Assembly (NCBI GenBank): GCA_002787535.1
Contig: PCXB01000050.1
Span: forward strand, 77,836-141,835
Reading direction: 5' to 3'
DNA from: Deltaproteobacteria bacterium CG11_big_fil_rev_8_21_14_0_20_45_16
Lineage (GTDB): Bacteria > Bdellovibrionota > UBA2394
DNA length: 64,000 nt
Shown piece by piece: positions 58,289-64,000 of the stretch. How positions within the stretch are numbered: the first letter of the stretch is position 1; every line of letters begins with the position of its first letter. The translations under genes and the position numbers were made by a program. The notes beneath the pieces are model-generated. The model was given only the letters and a program-made list of their open reading frames with translations, was not told where the DNA came from and ran no database searches.

Positions 58289-59233
58289 ATGTCTACACCC
58301 ATACGTATTCGAGCTTATGATCATGTCAAAGTAACCTGTAAAGATATTCCAGCTTTTGAAAATTCCATTAAAGTCCTGGGATTTGTGAAGGGCGAGTCGG
58401 CGCCTGAATCCTTTAAAAATCCTCACTCCATATGGGGAAGTGGGGATGCGGTTTTTGTCCTCTACAAGCCTGATCACCCCGAAGCCAAAAAACATTATGA
58501 GCTCCACGGCGATACAGTATTTGATCTGAGCTTTATTCTGGAGGAGGCGCGTGGGTCCGAACCCCTTGTGATCGAGGGAACAGGTCAGATGCGCCATACG
58601 ATTACTTCCAAGTCTTCGTTTTCAAAATTTCCTATCAAGCGAGGCGTAGAGCGTTTTGATCACAATACCGTCAATGTTGATATGGGAAAACTAGAAAGTA
58701 CCGTTTGTGATTATCTTTCCAAATTTGTTTTGGAGCGCGGGCAGTTTTTTAATATTAAAACCTCGATGACGGGCTTGAATTCTTGGGTGACTCGCTCCCC
58801 CAACTTTGGAGTTCAGATTCCTTTTAATGAAGCAACGGATGAAAAATCTCAAATTCAAGAGTACATTGGGATTCATCGTGGGCCGGGCGTTCAGCATTTG
58901 GCTCTTTTGACTCCCAATATTATTCAAACTATGGATCTTGTAATGAAGGACCCTGAAAACAATGTTCAGTTTTTGGATATTCCTGACACTTATTATGAGT
59001 TAGCCCCTAAGCGGGTGAAAGTTCGGGAATCTTTTTCGGATCTTGCTAGGTTACGAATTCTTGTCGATCAAGATCAGTCAGGATACCTCTTGCAAATCTT
59101 TACCGCCAATTTGTTTGGAGGTTTCTTTTTTGAATTGATTCAGCGAGAAGGAAACCAAGGTTTCGGAGAAGGAAACTTTCAGGCGCTTTTTGAATCCATT
59201 GAGCTTGATCAAAGACGAAGAGGTGTTTTGTGA
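58289..59233 (+). CDS. hppD: 4-hydroxyphenylpyruvate dioxygenase
   Basis: Fe ligands in FDHN, GVQHLAL and FFELIQR; SQIQEY; YLLQIFT; GFGEGNFQALFESIELDQ. Confidence 0.93.
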   Translation: MSTPIRIRAYDHVKVTCKDIPAFENSIKVLGFVKGESAPESFKNPHSIWGSGDAVFVLYKPDHPEAKKHYELHGDTVFDLSFILEEARGSEPLVIEGTGQMRHTITSKSSFSKFPIKRGVERFDHNTVNVDMGKLESTVCDYLSKFVLERGQFFNIKTSMTGLNSWVTRSPNFGVQIPFNEATDEKSQIQEYIGIHRGPGVQHLALLTPNIIQTMDLVMKDPENNVQFLDIPDTYYELAPKRVKVRESFSDLARLRILVDQDQSGYLLQIFTANLFGGFFFELIQREGNQGFGEGNFQALFESIELDQRRRGVL

Positions 59234-60369
59234 GATTTTATAAAAAACAGGGGCAAGTCGCCGAACGCCCACATCTTAATTTGCCGCCTAATACGTATGA
59301 AGAAGAGTTGGGCTTGGATGGGTTCTTTGGTCCGGTCGCGCACCTCTATCATCGACAGGCTCCGACTGGCTGGTCGAAGATTGAAAAGAGTTCCTTTCAA
59401 TGGCCGAGGGTATCTGAGGCACCCGAGGAATATTTAAAGCCTCAGTGCTACAAATCTTTAGAAGCTGCCGAAACTTTGGATTTTTATCAGTCGGGTAGAG
59501 TTTTGTTTTGGAATGATGATATGGCGATGCATTTGCATCGCTTTTCTAAAACCTCGCCGATTTATTTTCGAAATGCCGACGCGTCGGAAATTATCTTTAT
59601 CCACAAGGGTTTGGGAGCTTTGGAGAGTCCCTTTGGGGAGATTCAGTTTAAACCGGGTGATTATCTATCAATTCCTAAGGGCGTGAGCTATCGACTTCGC
59701 CTGAACGAAGAGACTTATTTGATTAGGATCGAAAGTTTTCAGGACTACTACAAAAAACCTGATACGGGCATCATGGGTCAGCAAGCCTTGTACCATGAAG
59801 AGGGGATTCGCTCGCCTCAGCTTGTGGATACGTCATCAGAAGGCTCTTGTGTTGTTCGTGTTCAGAAGGACGGAAAATTAACAGATATTACGTATCCCTA
59901 TGATCTTCGAGCGGTTGCGGGTTGGTGTGGGACACTCTACCCGTTTGCGTTGTCTGTCAGTGATATTGCACCGGCCATGAGTTCAGTGGCGCATCTTCCG
60001 CCGAGTATTAATAGCACTTTTGTAACGCCACAGTTTATCATCTGTACATTTTTGCCAAGACCACTCGAAGAGCCTGAAGGTGCTTTAAAAGTTCCATTTT
60101 ATCATTCGAATATCGATTACGATGAAATTATCTTTTATCATGCCGGAGACTTTTTTAGTCGTGACAATATGGGGCAGGCCTATATTACAATGCATCCTCG
60201 AGGAATAAATCACGGCCCACATCCAAAAGCTTTAAAGAATCAACAGTCAATGAAGCGTACGAACGAAATCGCTGTCATGATAGACACCAAAAAGCCGTTA
60301 AAGGTTTCAAGTTTCGCTCGAACTCTTGAGTTACCGGACTATTGGGCATCTTGGAAAGTGAGTTCGTGA
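59230..60369 (+). CDS. hmgA: Homogentisate 1,2-dioxygenase
   Basis: FRNADASE, VAGWCG, HLPPS, PFYHSNIDYDE, HPRGINHGPHP and AVMIDT; follows hppD. Confidence 0.92.
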   Translation: MRFYKKQGQVAERPHLNLPPNTYEEELGLDGFFGPVAHLYHRQAPTGWSKIEKSSFQWPRVSEAPEEYLKPQCYKSLEAAETLDFYQSGRVLFWNDDMAMHLHRFSKTSPIYFRNADASEIIFIHKGLGALESPFGEIQFKPGDYLSIPKGVSYRLRLNEETYLIRIESFQDYYKKPDTGIMGQQALYHEEGIRSPQLVDTSSEGSCVVRVQKDGKLTDITYPYDLRAVAGWCGTLYPFALSVSDIAPAMSSVAHLPPSINSTFVTPQFIICTFLPRPLEEPEGALKVPFYHSNIDYDEIIFYHAGDFFSRDNMGQAYITMHPRGINHGPHPKALKNQQSMKRTNEIAVMIDTKKPLKVSSFARTLELPDYWASWKVSS

Positions 60370-60992
60370 CGGGATGCACTATTATTGAAGCGGGTCGTAC
60401 GGAGGCACGCGAGCTTTATAAAGTAATGATTGGCCTCATTGGACCGAGACCCATTGGTTGGATATCGACGATATCTCAATCAGGCATACACAATCTTGCA
60501 CCGTTTTCGTTTTTTAATATGCTTAGTATGAATCCCTGTTTAATTGGATTTTGCCCGAGCTTGAAACAAGACCCTTCCAAAAAGGATAGCCTCCGAAATG
60601 TCGAAGAAACAAAATGCTTTGTTCATAATGTTGTGACATCGGATCTTATAATTCCTATGCATCAAAGTTCGGCCAATTATGATTTTGAAACTAATGAATT
60701 TGAGAAGGTTGGATTGACAGCAGCCCTCTCAAGATTTGTTGAAGCCCCTCGAGTGGCGGAGGCCGCGGTCAATATTGAATGTAAATTGATGGACATTGTG
60801 TCATTGGGTACGAAGGCGGGGAATACTCAGTTGGTCGTGGGGGAAGTCTTAGCAATCCATATCAATCGTGAGGGGATTCTCGATGATAAATCCCATGTTA
60901 ACGCGCCAGCCTTAGCTTTGGTGGGTAGATTGGGTCGCCTCAATTACTGTGAGCAGGGGCGAATATTTGAATTGCCGCCTGCCGAAGTTTGA
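60366..60992 (+). CDS. Flavin reductase-like FMN-binding protein (DIM6/NTAB family)
   Basis: PRPIGWISTIS, NLAPFSFFN, KDSLRN and VGRLG; GTGA overlap with hmgA. Confidence 0.9.
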   Translation: MTGCTIIEAGRTEARELYKVMIGLIGPRPIGWISTISQSGIHNLAPFSFFNMLSMNPCLIGFCPSLKQDPSKKDSLRNVEETKCFVHNVVTSDLIIPMHQSSANYDFETNEFEKVGLTAALSRFVEAPRVAEAAVNIECKLMDIVSLGTKAGNTQLVVGEVLAIHINREGILDDKSHVNAPALALVGRLGRLNYCEQGRIFELPPAEV

Positions 60993-60995
60993 TTC

Positions 60996-61979
60996 CTAAG
61001 AATATCTTTGGCTAAGTTTCTGGATCAATATCTTTGGTGAACTATGATGGACGGGGTCTTTTTGAAGAAGATTTATGAAATCTGTGGTTAAAATATAGGC
61101 TGACAGTTGACTGGACAGTTGGGCACTACCATTCTCCGCGATAATGGAAAGCCTTTCGCTTCTTAAAGGATTTGAAGACTTGTTAATTTTAGCGATCGTA
61201 GAGTTGTTTTTTACGAAATCGTATAGCTTTTCATCCTCTCGATTTAATTCCAAAATTTCGTCTCGAAAGGCTGTCGAATCAAGCCTGAATCCGTCCAAAG
61301 TTTGGTTAAAATTTTGCATAAGGAAGTTGGACAGTCCATAAACCGACGCTATTTCTTACAGTAGGCTAGGAATTTCTTCGTTTAAAATATAGTGATCAAA
61401 ATTTTCTTTTAGATTTTGAATGACCGCCAAACTGTCTTCGAGCCCTCGGTTTTGAGCCTGATATGTATTTTCATCTGGCTTTACGATTGAAGGATTGTAG
61501 GCCTGGGGATGAAGTAGCTTGCACATTCTATTTTGATTTGTTTTATTTCTAAAATATTCAACAAATTCTTCTTCGCGAGGATTTTGACCGGTGCGCATAC
61601 AGTCTCGTGTGTACTCTGACGTGACCCGAGCGACGGGCTGCCGTACGATCGTAGCAAGACTAGAGGCAGTCTTTAAATGCTTGTGAAAACCAAACTCCAC
61701 ATGACCTGATATAAATCGAAAATCATGAGCCAGGAGGTTTGAGAGGCTCGGCCCGGTCTCATCGACTCGAGCCGTTTTTATTGGCTGGTTGCGCCCCGTC
61801 CTTGCTAGAAGCTGATTCGTAAAATTACAGGCGATAACTATAGGGTTGAAGAAGGTTAAGCCGCCGGTCCGATTGAGATGGTAGAAAAATAAATTCTTCG
61901 CGTCGGCTCTAAATTTATGCCGGTCGCTTTCGATGTATAGGGTGTCGGGGCTGTGCTTATGGATTAGCTCTGAAAGCAT
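60996..61979 (-). pseudogene. Sulfotransferase family 2-like gene interrupted by one in-frame TAA (61358-61356)
   Basis: PAPS motifs FYHLNRTGG and TIVRQPVARVTSEY; FISGH. The frame continues past the TAA without another stop into ILELNREDEKLYDFV. Confidence 0.72.
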
Positions 61980-62054
61980 GAGTATTTAGTATAGGGGGAA
62001 TCGCATTGTGGGGCCAAGTGCTAAGACCTTGATGCCATTTGTCATGGCCGGGTG

Positions 62055-63152
62055 TTAGGCGGCTCGAAACTTTAATGCCCGCCCAACCTCAAAATTGATA
62101 TACTTTTCATCTTCCTTTGAAATCTTAATGAACTGCAGGCCAAGATATTTTCCATCGACGGCGTAAAGCTTTCGACAAAGTGTCCAGATGCTTTGTTCGC
62201 CGGAAATTTGAATGATAATTTGGAATTCTTCCGGACAATCTTCAGCTTCAATAAGGCAACCTCCCGCCGAGAGGGAAAGCAGGCGATGTGTTCTGACAAG
62301 ATGGTCATCCAGCGAGTTGATTTGAACACTTCCATTGATCGGCGCTCGTTGCCATCGTCGTTTAGCTTCTTGATTAGCCTTTGAGCTCTCTGTGAATCCA
62401 CAGGTCATTCGCGACTGTAGCTGCTGGCTCGTCATTTTGAGAAACTTCTCAATCATTTGAGAGTGGGGGTTAAGTCGGTGAGCTTGAGTCAGAAGGTCGA
62501 AGGCATAACTAAATTTTTCTCGTTTCATATAGACCATTGCCTTAAGAGTTAATGCCTGAACGTTTGATTTTTCTCGAGACAAAACTTCGTTAGAGTACTC
62601 TTCAGCAACGGCAAGTCGATCAGAATAAAAGGCGGCTGTGCCGGCTCTGAGAATTATATTGCTTGAGCACTTCTTTATTTCCATGCCCATTTGTTCAAAA
62701 TGTTTCAAGGCTTGCTCGTAGCTTTTTGATTTGAAAGCCGCCTCGGCTTGTCTGAGAACTTCTTGAAAACTAAGATCAGTGTCGGGAACAATGCACTCTA
62801 ACTCGAGGTCCTTAACTTTATCCGGGCTTTTTGAGACAGCCGCATCCTTCGAACCAGACACTAAGCTGGGCGCTCTGATATTTAAAACCTCTCGCATATC
62901 GGAGAGATCTTCAAATACTCGATCCAAATCCTTTATCTTAAGAGGGATTAGCTCGGGATGTTCCATGTGGGTTTGAGTAAGCCTTTGAGCTAGCTCAGCT
63001 TTAAGTTCTCGACAGGCCTTAAGGAAGATCTCTGTGTCAGTACGTACGAGGTGTTTGATATAAGTTTTTAGAGAGGCACTATTGGAATCGCTCACTTTGG
63101 GACCTCCACCGCAAGCTTCCCTAATGCAATTTTGGTTCGCAGCCACCGACAA
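62055..63152 (-). CDS. TPR-repeat plus C-terminal PilZ-domain protein
   Basis: About three TPR-like helical pairs (AEAAFKSKSYEQA; AGTAAFY; KAMVYMKREKFSYA..LNP); RRWQR, SLSAGG and LGLQF. Confidence 0.78.
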   Translation of the reverse strand: MSVAANQNCIREACGGGPKVSDSNSASLKTYIKHLVRTDTEIFLKACRELKAELAQRLTQTHMEHPELIPLKIKDLDRVFEDLSDMREVLNIRAPSLVSGSKDAAVSKSPDKVKDLELECIVPDTDLSFQEVLRQAEAAFKSKSYEQALKHFEQMGMEIKKCSSNIILRAGTAAFYSDRLAVAEEYSNEVLSREKSNVQALTLKAMVYMKREKFSYAFDLLTQAHRLNPHSQMIEKFLKMTSQQLQSRMTCGFTESSKANQEAKRRWQRAPINGSVQINSLDDHLVRTHRLLSLSAGGCLIEAEDCPEEFQIIIQISGEQSIWTLCRKLYAVDGKYLGLQFIKISKEDEKYINFEVGRALKFRAA

Positions 63153-63304
63153 CGAAAGTTGCTAGTATAATAAGGACTTTCTAAATTTGACTGAGTTTGT
63201 CCAAAAGGGCGGGCGGTCAAACTTTGTCGCCGAAGGACAGTTTTTGAAGTTAATGACGAATTTTGTAAGCTTTCAGAATAGGCAACTAGTGGTCTGACAG
63301 ACCA

Positions 63305-63997
63305 CTAGGCCATTACCAGCTCTTTGGTGACATTTTCAATATAGTCCTTAACCCGGATCAAAAAGCCGACGGAGGTCGCACCATCAATTAGTCGATGGTC
63401 GTAGCTTAAAGCGACATACATCATCGGTCGAACTTCCACCGACCAAGTTCCATCCTTTTTTTGAATGGCCATGGGGCGGTGTTCAGTTTTATGCATTCCC
63501 AAGATTCCACTTTGAGGCGGATTTAAAATGGGGGTCGAGAGCAAGGACCCAAAAACCCCACCATTGGTAAGTGTAAAGGTTCCACCTTGCATTTCGGGAA
63601 TACTCAACTTTCCATTTCTTGCTTTGTCAGCCAATCCAGCAATCGCATTTTCAAGCTGGGCGTAGCTCAGGCTTTCCGCTCGTCGGATAACGGGCACCAC
63701 AAGGCCTCGATCCGTTGAAACAGCAATCCCCAAATTGATATGGGAGGGCGCCACAATATCGCTTCCATCGATATGAGAGTTTACAAGCGGGTAGTCTTTG
63801 ATCGCCGCCACAACGGCCGCTGAAAAAAAGGACATAAAGCCCAATTTGATTTCAAATTTTTTCTGAAATTCATCTTTCAGTTCATTTCGCACGCTAAGCA
63901 ACTGACTCATATCAATTTCATTAAAAGTTGTCAGGGTTGCTGTGCTCTGTTGGGAATGCAATAAGCGCTGAGCAATCGTTCGCCGCAATGAGCTCAT
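63305..63997 (-). CDS. sucB: Dihydrolipoyllysine succinyltransferase SucB, catalytic C-terminal part (gene starts beyond the window)
   Basis: LTTFNEIDM, KLGFMSFF, GGTFTLTNGGVFGSLLSTPILNPPQSGILGMH and ALSYDHRLIDG. Confidence 0.95.
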   Translation of the reverse strand: MSSLRRTIAQRLLHSQQSTATLTTFNEIDMSQLLSVRNELKDEFQKKFEIKLGFMSFFSAAVVAAIKDYPLVNSHIDGSDIVAPSHINLGIAVSTDRGLVVPVIRRAESLSYAQLENAIAGLADKARNGKLSIPEMQGGTFTLTNGGVFGSLLSTPILNPPQSGILGMHKTEHRPMAIQKKDGTWSVEVRPMMYVALSYDHRLIDGATSVGFLIRVKDYIENVTKELVMA

Positions 63998-64000
63998 CGG

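Noticed and set aside
61356-61358. Stop-codon reassignment or programmed readthrough
   Set aside because: TAA ends many ordinary genes here (secD, secF, ftsZ, infB) and is not the Sec or Pyl codon; a nonsense mutation or error is simpler.
63153-63304. Shared GACAAA..TTG motif in intergenic regions (near 10554, 56238 and 63217) as one regulator's site
   Set aside because: Spacing and half-sites differ between copies; too weak without motif statistics.
1-64000. CRISPR array, IS element, rRNA, tRNA or long tandem DNA repeat
   Set aside because: None seen by eye. Intergenic gaps are all under 200 nt and no transposase or cas ORF is present; short or degenerate repeats could have been missed.

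Overview
Gene-dense bacterial chromosome segment, roughly 44% GC by eye. Gene content (TIGR02266-type PilZ proteins, a DgcB-like FHA-GGDEF cyclase, DUF507, an HDOD protein, a ChaN-like protein, xerD-scpAB) suggests a Bdellovibrionota/Myxococcota-like organism; this is inference only. Core blocks: secD-secF-recJ running into a reduced dcw cluster (rsmH to ftsZ, without mraZ, murF, murB or ddl); rimI, then nusA-infB-rbfA-truB-rpsO-pnp-xerD-scpA-scpB; amgK-murU-yfgM-proS; dnaJ; hppD-hmgA; and the 3' end of sucB. No tRNA, rRNA, CRISPR array or mobile element was seen. Most notable: (1) a HEAT-repeat / degenerate HD-GYP gene pair with similar N-terminal domains; (2) an orphan divergent flagellin with a sigma28-type promoter, followed by a small protein carrying two flagellin-C-terminus-like repeats; (3) a pseudo-lipase plus BagAB-like ArsA ATPase pair overlapping ftsZ antisense; (4) an HtrA-PDZ lipoprotein lacking its catalytic triad; (5) repeated TANNNT boxes 6-8 nt before start codons, suggesting frequent leaderless mRNAs; (6) a structured nusA leader where rimP is absent; (7) a sulfotransferase broken by one in-frame TAA. 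All family calls come from motif recognition by eye; no searches were run.
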